64,000 bases of DNA from an uncultured virus (IMG/VR IMGVR_UViG_3300030109_004684) (Duplodnaviria > Heunggongvirae > Uroviricota > Caudoviricetes > Crassvirales). Of this stretch, positions 50,434 to 61,016 are shown in pieces. The translations under genes were made by a program, and so were the position numbers. The notes under the pieces are model-generated. The model saw nothing but the letters and a program-made list of their open reading frames with translations, was not told where the DNA came from and made no database searches. The stretch lies in IMG/VR virus record IMGVR_UViG_3300030109_004684; one strand, written 5' to 3'. Every line of letters starts with the position of its first letter. Position 1 is the stretch's first letter.

Positions 50434-52842
50434 TTACTTAGGTTCAAACGCACCTAATCTCATACCTCCACCAATAACATCGTTACCAGCTGATTCAAAT
50501 GGTTTTTCTTTAATTGATTCTCTTTCTTTCATTAAATCTTTTTGTTGATCACCACTCATTATTGTTCTTTTGTCTTGCCTGTCTTGTCTTACTTCTTCGT
50601 TTTGCCTTTTGCTATCAACATCCATTTGTTTTAATTTCATGTTTATTTCGAACTCATGATCCATTAAAGCTTTTTTTACTTCAGCTTCCATTTGCAGTTT
50701 GTCTTGAGCTAGTTTGCCTTTAGCTTGCTCTATTTGTATCTGCATTTGTATTAATTGGTTTTGTTTTTCAACCTCTGCTTGAGCCGCCGCCTGTTGTTGT
50801 TGAGCATTAGCATCGGCTTGAGCCTTCATATTTTGCTGTTGCATTTCTTGCTCTTTTTGTTGTTTTTTCTTTCTGCGAAGTTTTAACAATTGATTAGCTA
50901 GTTTTGTATTTTTAATTTCTCTAAGATCAATAGCATCTTCCAAGTCTATACTTTGTTGTTGTAGCGCCATTTGAATATTATTTTCTAGTTTTGCTTTTTC
51001 TTCTTCGTCTGGCATTAATTCTAAAAATATACCAAAATCATACAAATGTAATTCTGACATTTCTTCAAGTGTAGCTACATTATGTGCGCCTATGGCTTGT
51101 ATAAAAGCATCTTTTGTAGGTGAATACTCTATAATGTCTGATATTCTAAGAGACAAAGCTTCACATATTTCTGCCGATATAAATAAACCAGCATTTAGTA
51201 TATGTCTTGTTGCTGTATTTGAATTTGCAGCTGCCATTTTCTGAACACCTACTAAAGATCTTTCATCTGGCATACTACCATCTCTAGCTTCGTTTAAACC
51301 TGTAGTGTCTCTTATCATTTGTAAGTAATAATTATAAGTACCAATTAAACTTTGCATTTTAGCACCGCCACCTGATTGTATTTCTTGTATAGGTATTTTA
51401 CCAGCATTAGGATCGCCATCAGCAGTATAACTTCTACCTATAATACTACCAGTTTGGAAAAACATATTTAAAGCTTCTTGTGGATTGTAGTTTGTGCCAT
51501 TACCTAAATCTATTTCAGCTAAACCATCTGCGTCTAAATATATACCATCTGGTATCATCCTAGACATTACTTGTTGTAATTTTAAATGTGTTAACTGTAT
51601 CATATCAGCAAAACCAGTTATCCTACTAACTAAACTCTCTATTTTACCGTTATACATTCTAGGCGCACATATACTATAGTTCATTTTTACTTTAGTAAAA
51701 TCTGACTTAGGACGCATCATGTTCTTTGCTTTCTCCCACTTCAAGATAATATCAGTACCAATTATCATTGCTCCTTCAAATAAACACTCTATTTTTCTGT
51801 CTAGTTTATCAAAGCTTCCTTCTTTGTTTTCTGGTGGATTAAAGTTATCATCTTTTTGTATTGCTCTTTCACCACCCGTACCAGTTTCTTTTACTTTGTA
51901 AACTTCATTTGTATAAGTTTTATAATTAAAATATAAAACAGTAACTTTATTGTAATCGTTATCATCTCGATATCCATAACCATGAACTTTGTGTCCTGGT
52001 CTATTAGATTTACTTTGTTGTATATCTTTTATTTGTTCTTCTGTTAAATGTGGAAATTGTTTAACTAATTCGTTTATAGGTATGTTTTTCACTTCACCAA
52101 CATAATAACAATCTTCAAAATACGGAGAATTAGTTTTAGAATAAACTAAATCTGCTGGGTCTACATAGTCAATAGTAACACCTTCAGATTTATTAAAAGA
52201 TGTTTTACAAGCAGAAATACCTAAAACTGTTAAATCATAATATAATCTTTTTCTTATAAGATCATAATTATTACCTTTTAGTAAAGTGTTTATAGCTTGT
52301 TCTTCTGCTATTTCTACAGCCTGTTTGTAATTAAGCTGCATATGTAAAGCTAACTCATCTTGGTTTTCTGGTAAATCTTCTTTTTTGTTTTCATAAAGAT
52401 CCATGTTCATAAGATTTTGAGCCATATCATTAAACTCTTTAGTCTCCATATCTTTCTGTATAGACTCCATGTATTTTGTTCTCTTTTCAACACCAAATGG
52501 ATCTTGTGAATAAGCATTTACATTAAACACTCTTTCATTCATACCGTTAACAACAATATCAACAAATTTAGGTATTATCGGCACTGGTTTCCAGTCTAAG
52601 TTTAAATAAGATAAATCACCATTAATTGACAATTCATCTTTATACTTTTGTATACTTTGCTCTCCTCTTGCGTATAATCTTAATTTATGAAAACTATTTA
52701 TATCGTTTAAATATCTATTATTATAACCAGAATCATCAAACCACTCTAATTCAATAGCTCTAGCTACTTTAAGCCCATATTCAACAGACAGTTTTTCACT
52801 GTCACTTACTACTTGGCTTGGAAAATTTGAATAACTTCTCAT
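50434..52842 (-). CDS. Portal protein
   Basis: 802 aa immediately after TerL; PVPIIPKFVDIVVNG and TGLNEARDG segments; long Q-rich C-terminal coiled coil. Confidence 0.85.
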   Translation of the reverse strand: MRSYSNFPSQVVSDSEKLSVEYGLKVARAIELEWFDDSGYNNRYLNDINSFHKLRLYARGEQSIQKYKDELSINGDLSYLNLDWKPVPIIPKFVDIVVNGMNERVFNVNAYSQDPFGVEKRTKYMESIQKDMETKEFNDMAQNLMNMDLYENKKEDLPENQDELALHMQLNYKQAVEIAEEQAINTLLKGNNYDLIRKRLYYDLTVLGISACKTSFNKSEGVTIDYVDPADLVYSKTNSPYFEDCYYVGEVKNIPINELVKQFPHLTEEQIKDIQQSKSNRPGHKVHGYGYRDDNDYNKVTVLYFNYKTYTNEVYKVKETGTGGERAIQKDDNFNPPENKEGSFDKLDRKIECLFEGAMIIGTDIILKWEKAKNMMRPKSDFTKVKMNYSICAPRMYNGKIESLVSRITGFADMIQLTHLKLQQVMSRMIPDGIYLDADGLAEIDLGNGTNYNPQEALNMFFQTGSIIGRSYTADGDPNAGKIPIQEIQSGGGAKMQSLIGTYNYYLQMIRDTTGLNEARDGSMPDERSLVGVQKMAAANSNTATRHILNAGLFISAEICEALSLRISDIIEYSPTKDAFIQAIGAHNVATLEEMSELHLYDFGIFLELMPDEEEKAKLENNIQMALQQQSIDLEDAIDLREIKNTKLANQLLKLRRKKKQQKEQEMQQQNMKAQADANAQQQQAAAQAEVEKQNQLIQMQIQIEQAKGKLAQDKLQMEAEVKKALMDHEFEINMKLKQMDVDSKRQNEEVRQDRQDKRTIMSGDQQKDLMKERESIKEKPFESAGNDVIGGGMRLGAFEPK

Positions 52843-52843
52843 A

Positions 52844-55063
52844 TTATTTTTTAATTAATTTTGACGTACTGCCTTTATTTGTATACCTGCCTATATTTAA
52901 ATTTATTGGTTGTTTTTCTACTTTAGCGTTTGGCGCATATAAATTTCTATTGCAAGCCATAATAGCAAGACCAGAACTTATAGATGCATCAAACTTTGTT
53001 CTTTTATTTATATCAAACTTTGCCCAATCATTTAATGTTCTATTAAAATACATATTACCCCAGTTTCCATTACCTATATCACCTACATATTGTTGTATAT
53101 ACATTTCAATAGCAGCAGCGTGTGCTTGTTTTATATCTTCACTTGAATTTGGTATACCACCTATTTCTTTTTCAGTTGTTGATAGTTTATTCCATATTTT
53201 ATCAGGCCTATTCATACTAAAACCTCTGTAACCTCTACGTCTTATATAATAAAGTAATCTAGGTTTGTTGTTTTCTGCTAGTATTGGCATCCCGTAAAAT
53301 ATTAAAGCCATTAACATATCTTCAAAAAATATTTCTGCGGTTTGTGGTCTAGCTATATATTCTAAAAAAAATTGATTAGGAGGAGCGTCTTCCATACTGA
53401 ACTTAGTTAAACCGTGTAATGATCCATTAGAGCCTCTACCATCTACTGTTCCTGATATATCATAACTATCACAACCAAAAGCGCCCATATGTTCATTACC
53501 AGGATATTTTATACCGTTTTTAATTATAATACGGTTTTGTAGGTTTTGAGGTGGTACCCAACTAATTTTAAATCTACCTTTTGGGTCTGGATAAAATATA
53601 ACTTGTGTGTCTTTGATACCGTTAACCCATTGAAAATTACCTGTAGATATAGTAGATGATGTTCCTCTACCTTCGTTGTAATCTATTTGATCATATATTC
53701 TTACTAAATTAAATATACTGTTTCTTGTTTCATCTCTAAACGCATGTTCTTCTGTTCTTGGGAACTGCCTGTAAAACTCATTTAAAGCATCATGATCATC
53801 TTTAAGCCCAGCAGCTTCATTATCCCAATGCTCTATAATACCATAATCTATTAGTTCACCGTCTGGTCCGAGTACATCATTATTTGGATTATCAAAGACT
53901 GGATATCCATGTTCGTCAATAAATCCCTCGTAGTTCCATTCCATTGGGATAAAGAGAGAATAAAGACCAGACTTTGTCTGTCCATTACGATTTCGTCTTG
54001 TAACATCCGATGCATTGTATAATTTTTTAAAGTTATCACCTCCTTTTTCTAAAGCGTTAGACGTTGAACCCATCATGCACTTACCTACTATTCTACTACC
54101 TAGTCTTAGACATGTTTTAGTTACTCGCCAGTTGTTTAATATATTATCAGGTCTTTCCCACTTACCGCTTTCATCGTGTACAAGTAAATTAAGTTTTTCA
54201 CCATCATAACTATTGTCTCCTGTATTTTTCCAGTCAATAGTTGTATCTAATCCTTGTATTTCTTCTAGACCATCTGTTGCTGTCATTTTTTTTCTTGTAA
54301 ACTTACTAGCTGGTACCCTATATGCTAGTTCTGATTTTGGCCTGTCCATACCATCTTGGATAGGTTTAAAGAAAAATGGATAATTAATACTAATAGGTAC
54401 AACTTTGTCTGTAAACATTTTTTTAGCATCATTACCAGTTTTAGATAATATTCCATATCTACTATCACTTGCGAGAGTGGCTAAATTAACTGTTTCAGCT
54501 GAAGACATGAAACTAAAACCACTACGCCTATTTTTTAAATAACACATACCATAACATCTGTTATCTGCTTTGCAAGCTTCCCAGAATATATAAAATAATC
54601 TGTTTGCTTCTCTAAAATCTGGAGCACCTACGTCTATTTTACTCCATTGCAAGTACATGTAATGTGTACCTGTTATATAAGTTGGCTTATTATTATTCAT
54701 AAACCAAAAACCTTCTTCTCTTCTTTTGAATTCTTGGTCTATATAATCAAACCAATACTCTTTGTTTTCTTCTGGATAATCTCTCCAGTCAAATATATTT
54801 TTTAATCTACCTAATTCTTTTGGGTATTCTATTTTTTCCCATTTGTTTTTTCCATTGGTATACACGTGCACTGGCAGCAGCGGCAAAGCAATGCGCAGAT
54901 TTTGTATCTCAAGTATTTCACCAATTCTACCGCTTTTCGATATAACGATAACGTCATGTTCTTTATTGTATCCATATTTCCATTTTTTAGATTTGTTAAG
55001 ACGACTTATAGTCGTTTTTTTAATCGGTTCTATTATTTTAACTAAACTTTGCTCGTACATCAT
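52844..55063 (-). CDS. terL: Terminase large subunit
   Basis: Walker A-like KNRRSGFS, Walker B LLVHDE, motif C GSTSN and nuclease FGCDSYD. Confidence 0.9.
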   Translation of the reverse strand: MMYEQSLVKIIEPIKKTTISRLNKSKKWKYGYNKEHDVIVISKSGRIGEILEIQNLRIALPLLPVHVYTNGKNKWEKIEYPKELGRLKNIFDWRDYPEENKEYWFDYIDQEFKRREEGFWFMNNNKPTYITGTHYMYLQWSKIDVGAPDFREANRLFYIFWEACKADNRCYGMCYLKNRRSGFSFMSSAETVNLATLASDSRYGILSKTGNDAKKMFTDKVVPISINYPFFFKPIQDGMDRPKSELAYRVPASKFTRKKMTATDGLEEIQGLDTTIDWKNTGDNSYDGEKLNLLVHDESGKWERPDNILNNWRVTKTCLRLGSRIVGKCMMGSTSNALEKGGDNFKKLYNASDVTRRNRNGQTKSGLYSLFIPMEWNYEGFIDEHGYPVFDNPNNDVLGPDGELIDYGIIEHWDNEAAGLKDDHDALNEFYRQFPRTEEHAFRDETRNSIFNLVRIYDQIDYNEGRGTSSTISTGNFQWVNGIKDTQVIFYPDPKGRFKISWVPPQNLQNRIIIKNGIKYPGNEHMGAFGCDSYDISGTVDGRGSNGSLHGLTKFSMEDAPPNQFFLEYIARPQTAEIFFEDMLMALIFYGMPILAENNKPRLLYYIRRRGYRGFSMNRPDKIWNKLSTTEKEIGGIPNSSEDIKQAHAAAIEMYIQQYVGDIGNGNWGNMYFNRTLNDWAKFDINKRTKFDASISSGLAIMACNRNLYAPNAKVEKQPINLNIGRYTNKGSTSKLIKK

Positions 55064-55338
55064 TTAGACCTTCCTTCTGCGAAACCTTTAAAAGTTTTCT
55101 TTTTTACTTCTTCGGTTGTTTTTCCTTCAAGTAAATTTTCTTCTTCTTGGATTCTGTTTAATATTTCAAACGCATCAAATATAGCTAGCTTTTTAGTAGC
55201 TGCAGCGTTTTTTAATCTATCAGCACTAACATCATCTTCTGTGTTTGTGATAATTTTTTCTTGTGCAACTTTTATTAACTCATCAACTGCTTTGCGCCCA
55301 GCTTGGATTATATTCTTCTTCGTTTCCTTGATATTCAT
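55060..55338 (-). CDS. Small helical protein, candidate terminase small subunit
   Basis: Coupled immediately upstream of TerL; call is positional only. Confidence 0.5.
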   Translation of the reverse strand: MNIKETKKNIIQAGRKAVDELIKVAQEKIITNTEDDVSADRLKNAAATKKLAIFDAFEILNRIQEEENLLEGKTTEEVKKKTFKGFAEGRSK

Positions 55339-55873
55339 ATTTAATTGTAATAAATTTATTCATAACTCTATACAAACGTTTACCGTTTATTATAAACTCA
55401 TATTCTGAAAATGGAGTAAAACCTACAAGTTCATTTTTATTAAACTCACCATCAGTATATTTTATTATACCTACACATCTTTCTTCTTTTTCAATATTTA
55501 AAAATTGTCTATCTTTTATAGGTTGTACAAAACAATAACCATCTAAAGGCTTCCATTCGTTATTTGTTTTATATAAAAATATTTGATCTTGTTTTACTAA
55601 ATAAGTATTTTCATTAAAATAGCTTCTACTATTTTTTTCTCTACCTTTCACGTCATGCCAACGTCTAAAAACATTATGATGTACTATAATTGTATCTCCA
55701 GGTTTTATTTTTGTTTTAAAAGCTGTAGGAACTGATTTAACAATAGCTTCTCTATTTACAAACTCATGATTATAAACTTCTGTGTTTATTATTAACTCTG
55801 AGTTATCTATTTTAACTGTATTGTTATATCTTTTTCCTTTTGGCTCTATAACAAAGTCAAAAGGTGCTTTCAT
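55283..55873 (-). CDS. GroES-like fold protein (possibly tandem)
   Basis: KAPFDFVIEP...AIVKSVP...IKPGDTIIV, and a second unit KPLDGYCFVQP...GIIKY. Confidence 0.55.
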   Translation of the reverse strand: MKAPFDFVIEPKGKRYNNTVKIDNSELIINTEVYNHEFVNREAIVKSVPTAFKTKIKPGDTIIVHHNVFRRWHDVKGREKNSRSYFNENTYLVKQDQIFLYKTNNEWKPLDGYCFVQPIKDRQFLNIEKEERCVGIIKYTDGEFNKNELVGFTPFSEYEFIINGKRLYRVMNKFITIKYEYQGNEEEYNPSWAQSS

Positions 55874-56091
55874 TAGTATTCTAAGTTATATTCAATAGAT
55901 ATAGCCATATTTTTATTAAAGTCTTTCCACGGTAAAACCTCTTTACCTTTTCTAATATAAATAGAATATTTATCTTCTTCTTCTATAATATCACATATTG
56001 TATGTCCACCGTAAACCTCTTGACCAACAGCATAATGCATGGCATCATTTTTATAGTCTTTTCCTATTGTAATTTTTCTAATTAATTTCAT
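55873..56091 (-). CDS. Hypothetical protein
   Basis: Coupled ORF. Confidence 0.75.
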   Translation of the reverse strand: MKLIRKITIGKDYKNDAMHYAVGQEVYGGHTICDIIEEEDKYSIYIRKGKEVLPWKDFNKNMAISIEYNLEY

Positions 56092-56335
56092 TGTAATTTA
56101 TTGTTCCATCAGCAATGTTTATATCTTCCGTGCCGTAATTTTTCTTAAAACTATCTCTCATTAAAACTAACTCTTCGTTTAGTTTTGCTAAACCGTGAAG
56201 TATACTATGCTTTTGTGTTTCTATTTGCCCTACTTGTAAGTAGTTTTGATTTATTGCGTTTACTAAATTTTGAAGACTATTCAGTTCTTCATTAGTTATT
56301 TTTGAGGCTTTCTTTGCCTTTTTTGTTTTTGCCAT
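56078..56335 (-). CDS. Small coiled-coil protein
   Basis: Heptad pattern ending KNYGTEDINIADGTI. Confidence 0.75.
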   Translation of the reverse strand: MAKTKKAKKASKITNEELNSLQNLVNAINQNYLQVGQIETQKHSILHGLAKLNEELVLMRDSFKKNYGTEDINIADGTINYNEIN

Positions 56336-56355
56336 TTTATTTAATTTAAATTAAT

Positions 56356-56583
56356 TTAATCTTCTATTATCCACTCTGATTTACCAAGCTCTGTTAGTAT
56401 TTCATCGTTTGTATATTGTGTTTTACCATTTAAAAAGCTTGGAGTATCACCTTCAAACTTTACAAATGTTTTTGTGCCATCATTGTTATACCTTAATGTA
56501 TTTATTGATGTTTCATCTACTTGACTAAAGTCAACACTTGCAACTTCGTCTTTTGTTATTATTATGTATTTTTTATTATTCAT
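56356..56583 (-). CDS. Hypothetical protein
   Basis: 75-aa ORF adjacent to the LamG protein. Confidence 0.75.
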   Translation of the reverse strand: MNNKKYIIITKDEVASVDFSQVDETSINTLRYNNDGTKTFVKFEGDTPSFLNGKTQYTNDEILTELGKSEWIIED

Positions 56584-56584
56584 A

Positions 56585-57313
56585 TTATGGTACGTCTTCT
56601 ACACCTTGTGCTGGTGTGTTTATTGGAACACCATCTGCTCCTGTACTTGTTCTGTCTATAAAATTACCACTTGTTTCGTCTAAAGGTAGCCAAGCTACTA
56701 AACTAGATATACCGCTAGCTGAAACATCACCTGGTTTACCACTATTGTAAAGCGTTGTAACATTACCAGGTGATAAAACCGCGTCAAACAAAGAAAGACT
56801 ACTTAAATGCCCATCAAAAAAAGCATTGTCAGCATTACCAGGTTTACCTAGATATATCTTATTAGCAGTAGTTGCAAAATTAGTTATTGCATTTGTACCT
56901 GTTTCTATGCTATCACCGTTTATATATATAGCCATTTTGTTAGCAGTTCTATCCCAAGTGGCTACAACATGAACCCAGTTAGAAGTATTAATAGTGTGAT
57001 CTGCGTTTATAATAGTGTTGGTACTACCACCTCTACAATTTAGTCTTATTTCGTTACTAGTACTTATATGTAATAATGCTATTTTATTATCGTTGCTTGT
57101 GTCTGTATGTAAGTTAAAAAGAGTGTCATTTTGAAAAGCTGCATCTGCTTTAAACCATATAGAAACACTACCTATGTTTTTAATATCATCTGCTACAGAG
57201 TTAGTGATTATAATATGTTGGTTTGTACCATCTAAATCTACAGATCTAGTAACAGCATATGCTGTCTTTGAATATGCAGGGCTTGATAATGAACTACCTA
57301 ATCCTAAACCCAT
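56585..57313 (-). CDS. LamG/concanavalin-A-like lectin-domain virion protein
   Basis: SVSIWFK, WVHVVATWD, IYING, FFDGHLSSLSLFDAVLS and LVAWLPLDE motifs. Confidence 0.85.
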   Translation of the reverse strand: MGLGLGSSLSSPAYSKTAYAVTRSVDLDGTNQHIIITNSVADDIKNIGSVSIWFKADAAFQNDTLFNLHTDTSNDNKIALLHISTSNEIRLNCRGGSTNTIINADHTINTSNWVHVVATWDRTANKMAIYINGDSIETGTNAITNFATTANKIYLGKPGNADNAFFDGHLSSLSLFDAVLSPGNVTTLYNSGKPGDVSASGISSLVAWLPLDETSGNFIDRTSTGADGVPINTPAQGVEDVP

Positions 57314-57948
57314 TACTTACCGAAATAACAAATTATACCACCATCAGAATCAGCTTCTGGAATTACTTTTGTCCATCTACCGTATATTGTTAACCCTGCT
57401 GGGTATTTAGCACCTACAGCTGTAGTACCACCAGCACCATGGTATTCGTCTAAAAACACTAAAGTTTGAGATGTTGTTGGTGAAATTTCTGTATCTAAAA
57501 CTAAATTATCTGTACCACCATCATAAGAAACAACTCTAACACCTTGTTGGTTTGGACCGTTATATACAGGCGTTTTTGTTTCAGAATCTACAGTTAAACC
57601 AGTATCTATATCGTCACCATCGTTTACTAACAACACATATTGACCAGGTTTTATTTTAGAATTTGCCGCTGATAACTCTGGAGTTGTTGTGGTTGCGCCT
57701 GTAGCAACAGCAGCTTCAGTTACACCTAAATAGTTGGCAGCTGTAGCCTCCGTGGCGTTTGTACCAAAATATTGAGGCCCATGAGTATCTAATTTTTCTG
57801 TTTGAAGAGCGGTTGGAGTGTTATCAGCTAAAAATGTAATAGCTATAATAACATGATCTTTAGGTGGATAAACTGGTTTTGCTAAGTTTTGAAAAGCACT
57901 ACCTAATTGTCCAAACCCATATGCTATTTCTGTTGAATTTTGTCCCAT
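57313..57948 (-). CDS. Probable structural protein
   Basis: T/A/G-rich; C-terminal YPAGLTIYGRWT. Confidence 0.65.
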   Translation of the reverse strand: MGQNSTEIAYGFGQLGSAFQNLAKPVYPPKDHVIIAITFLADNTPTALQTEKLDTHGPQYFGTNATEATAANYLGVTEAAVATGATTTTPELSAANSKIKPGQYVLLVNDGDDIDTGLTVDSETKTPVYNGPNQQGVRVVSYDGGTDNLVLDTEISPTTSQTLVFLDEYHGAGGTTAVGAKYPAGLTIYGRWTKVIPEADSDGGIICYFGK

Positions 57949-57952
57949 AATT

Positions 57953-58339
57953 TTATTTTTTTACTTTTTCTAGTGATCTACCACCGAAGTAGGCACCGAT
58001 CACCGTTATTAATACTAATTGTAATAAGTCCACCCAAGTATCTTTTACTTCAAAAGCAATAACACCAGCATCAATAAATATCATTAACACTGTTGAAACT
58101 ACTAAAAATATAAGTACTAAAGGTCTTATGTTTTTACTAAGCCATGAATCAGAGTTCATATCAACGTTCCACCTGTTGGTTACTTCTTTTTGCATTTGTG
58201 CTTCGTAACCCATGATCATGTCTTTAATTTGTTTTTCTGCTTCTAGTTTTTCTTCTTTAGATGTATGTAAATTATCTATAACACCGCCTACACTTTTTAC
58301 GAGGTCAGCAGCACCACCTCCGAATATTTTATCTAACAT
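57953..58339 (-). CDS. Holin (GTA 3TM-type)
   Basis: RWNVDMNSDSWLSKNIRPL, two hydrophobic helices, and GAYFGGRSLEK. Confidence 0.85.
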   Translation of the reverse strand: MLDKIFGGGAADLVKSVGGVIDNLHTSKEEKLEAEKQIKDMIMGYEAQMQKEVTNRWNVDMNSDSWLSKNIRPLVLIFLVVSTVLMIFIDAGVIAFEVKDTWVDLLQLVLITVIGAYFGGRSLEKVKK

Positions 58340-58351
58340 AATTTTTTATTT

Positions 58352-59002
58352 TTAACCCATATCAGGATCTGAAGAATCTTCATAATCTTTAAATCCTTCG
58401 TCTTGATCTGGCTTGTCTTTTAAACCTGTAATTATATGTCTACCGTCTTTGTCAACATTATAAGTATAATCATTATCTACAACCATACCTTCTTCATTTA
58501 ATTCTATAACGTTGTTAGGATCAGTAAATGTTTTCATTGAACCATCTGAGTCTTCATAACTGTATGTTACTTTTCCAGATTCATCTTTATTCATTTTTAA
58601 ATATTGTCCAGCTATACTACCTTTACTTGCTGGGCTTTGTTCGTCATCAGCATCTCCTTCTGCTTGCATAGGTGATTGAACTGGTTGTTGAACTGGTTGA
58701 ACAACTTGATTACCAGGATTCATTTGTTGACCAGCAGCGCCTTGACCTAAGTTAACAGCTTGATTTGCCATGCCCATAACTTGTTGGTCAGCATTACCTA
58801 AACCAAACATACCACCAAATGCTTGTCCTATTTTTTTACCAAAAAATATTTTATTTGGACTATCTTCTTCTTTCATTTGAAATGGAGCGGATGTAGCTCT
58901 ACCGTCTGTAGTTCTTAGACCAGCTTCACTAGCTGAGTCTATACCTGGAATATTATTTTTCTTTTTAAAATACTCCATGTTTTTAATTACTTTATTTTCC
59001 AT
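58352..59002 (-). CDS. Late protein with SPxK-type motifs
   Basis: APFQMKEEDSPNK, QSPMQ and QSPASK. Confidence 0.75.
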   Translation of the reverse strand: MENKVIKNMEYFKKKNNIPGIDSASEAGLRTTDGRATSAPFQMKEEDSPNKIFFGKKIGQAFGGMFGLGNADQQVMGMANQAVNLGQGAAGQQMNPGNQVVQPVQQPVQSPMQAEGDADDEQSPASKGSIAGQYLKMNKDESGKVTYSYEDSDGSMKTFTDPNNVIELNEEGMVVDNDYTYNVDKDGRHIITGLKDKPDQDEGFKDYEDSSDPDMG

Positions 59003-59426
59003 ATTTATCTTTTAATTGTTTAACAGCGGCATTGCCAGCTTTGTAAGCTCTTTTTTCCCAAGGAAAATCTTTATAGCCTTCTTCAACCCACTTGCCATTA
59101 TACTTTATTTTACCATCTTTTCTTGGGTATCTTTTACCCTTCCATTCTATCCAATCATCTCCATAATCTAATAGACCTTCGTCCATATCTTTCATGTGCT
59201 TACCTTCATGCGCAACAACCTCCGCTTCATCTATGCTGTTGTCAGGTATATTTTTATCTACAAATATAGTACCATCGTTATTAGCTTCACCAGCTATACC
59301 AGGCTCTAGCTCTACTTTAAGAACAGTAAATTCAACACCTTCAACCTCAACTTCTTTTCCATTTGGATAAGAGTGTGGTTTTGAAGCGCCTTGACCAGGA
59401 AACGGTGGTGTTAGTTTAAATCCCAT
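58992..59426 (-). CDS. Small zincin-like metallopeptidase
   Basis: VVAHEGKH (HExxH) plus a downstream PWEKRAY third-ligand motif. Confidence 0.75.
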   Translation of the reverse strand: MGFKLTPPFPGQGASKPHSYPNGKEVEVEGVEFTVLKVELEPGIAGEANNDGTIFVDKNIPDNSIDEAEVVAHEGKHMKDMDEGLLDYGDDWIEWKGKRYPRKDGKIKYNGKWVEEGYKDFPWEKRAYKAGNAAVKQLKDKYGK

Positions 59427-59866
59427 TATCTATCTTTGTCTTTTATCATATCATCTATAGCTTTGTTAAATACTTTATCTGTATATGATTTGTTATTATA
59501 AAAAACACTTCTTTCTGAAAAAGGTAAATCTTCTTGAGCAAGAAGTATTCTATATATTCTACTAATTAACTGAGAGCATTTAAAAGAAGTTTTAAATATA
59601 GAATACTTTATTGTAGTTCTATTTCTGTGTCTCCATACTTCTATCCAACCTTCACTTCTTAATCTCTCCCATCTGTTTTTATCCCATGAGTACGTATATG
59701 TACCATCTATAAAATCGTTTCGTGTAAATCTTTCTTTACAATCTAAGTAAATTAATAATTCTAAGTCTGCGTCTGTTAACCCGTAAGTCTTACAGGCCCA
59801 TTTTCTAACGAGCCTGTAATACTTAAGGATATTTAATTCACGCAGATCATGCGCGGTTAATCTCAA
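59426..59866 (-). CDS. Winged-helix-like DNA-binding protein (putative)
   Basis: GLTDADLELLIYL...RLRSEGWIEV pattern. Confidence 0.55.
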   Translation of the reverse strand: MRLTAHDLRELNILKYYRLVRKWACKTYGLTDADLELLIYLDCKERFTRNDFIDGTYTYSWDKNRWERLRSEGWIEVWRHRNRTTIKYSIFKTSFKCSQLISRIYRILLAQEDLPFSERSVFYNNKSYTDKVFNKAIDDMIKDKDR

Positions 59867-59868
59867 TT

Positions 59869-60204
59869 CTATGTATCAAGAGTAATAGCGCAAGCTGTGA
59901 TATTAGAGTCTAAATAAATAGAATTAACGTCATCAGCAACAACTATAAGACCATCGTTGTAACCAGGTCCTGTAGCGTGGATAGATCTAGCTATTTTTGA
60001 CATTACAGCTTTTTCTGAGTCGTCAGCAATTGTAAGATGAACACTATCGTGCTCAGCTCCAGTTCTACCACCAATAGATGACTTAAACTGTAATTCAAGT
60101 ACACCGTTAGAAGCACAAGTCATAGCCAGTAAATTTGCAGCTGGATATGTAGCCGCATCGTCACCATCGTCGATAAACATTAAAAATTTTTGTACATCTG
60201 CCAT
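59869..60204 (-). CDS. Probable structural protein
   Basis: Acidic beta-rich 111-aa ORF. Confidence 0.7.
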   Translation of the reverse strand: MADVQKFLMFIDDGDDAATYPAANLLAMTCASNGVLELQFKSSIGGRTGAEHDSVHLTIADDSEKAVMSKIARSIHATGPGYNDGLIVVADDVNSIYLDSNITACAITLDT

Positions 60205-60285
60205 TTTTTTTGTTTTAAGTTAATAATTCGTTTTAAGTTTTAAGTTTAAGGTTTTAGTTTATGGTTTGGGTTTAATCTGTTAAGA

Positions 60286-60699
60286 TTAAGCTAATGATAT
60301 ACCACCATCAAGTTTAGTTTGACCATTGATGAAGATATTTGTACCATCACACATTAGCTCAACATAGTCTCCTAGTGTTTCAGCACCAAGCTCAAAAGTT
60401 ATTGTAGTACCACCAACAGTTGAAGGACCATCATCTGATGTGTCTACTTCTAATTCGTTGATACCTCCTTTCATAACAGCAGCTGTAGCAGTAACTACCC
60501 AGTCAGTTGTTGCGAAAGCAGTTCCTACAATAAATCTACAGTTCCATCCTTCGCCCATATTAGCAACTGATGGTAATGTGATAGCTGCACCAGCAGCCGC
60601 GTTTAGTATAAACTCTTTGTTAGAGTCGCTAGCTAAAACAGTGTACGCGCCTGTTAAGCTGTGTACATTTTTTCTTGTATTAAAAAATACTCTTCCCAT
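60286..60699 (-). CDS. Probable virion decoration/fibre protein
   Basis: YTVLASDS...AITLPS...GDYVELMCDGTN pattern common in phage fibre and decoration domains. Confidence 0.65.
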   Translation of the reverse strand: MGRVFFNTRKNVHSLTGAYTVLASDSNKEFILNAAAGAAITLPSVANMGEGWNCRFIVGTAFATTDWVVTATAAVMKGGINELEVDTSDDGPSTVGGTTITFELGAETLGDYVELMCDGTNIFINGQTKLDGGISLA

Positions 60700-60758
60700 T
60701 TTTTTTATTTTTATAATTAATAATTTGGTTAAGCGATTAAGTGTCGGGTTGTAACAAC

Positions 60759-61016
60759 TTAATCTAATAGTACAACATCTTGTTGTTTTATAACGTTGTA
60801 AAATTTATCTTTATGCTGTATACCGTGTCCTGCATGTTTATCATAGTATACAACATCATTTTCTTTTATTCCTTCTACAAGGTTACCAACAGATATAACT
60901 TTTGCTTTTAAATACCTGTTGTCCTCGTCTGTTTTTTCTGTTAGTATTAAGCCAGCTACTTTTTTCGTCTCACTTTTAATACGATCTATTATAATGTAGT
61001 AATTAACTGCTTTCAT
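60759..61016 (-). CDS. groES: Co-chaperonin GroES
   Basis: KKVAGLIL mobile loop, AKVISVG, IKENDVVYY; adjacent to GroEL. Confidence 0.88.
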   Translation of the reverse strand: MKAVNYYIIIDRIKSETKKVAGLILTEKTDEDNRYLKAKVISVGNLVEGIKENDVVYYDKHAGHGIQHKDKFYNVIKQQDVVLLD

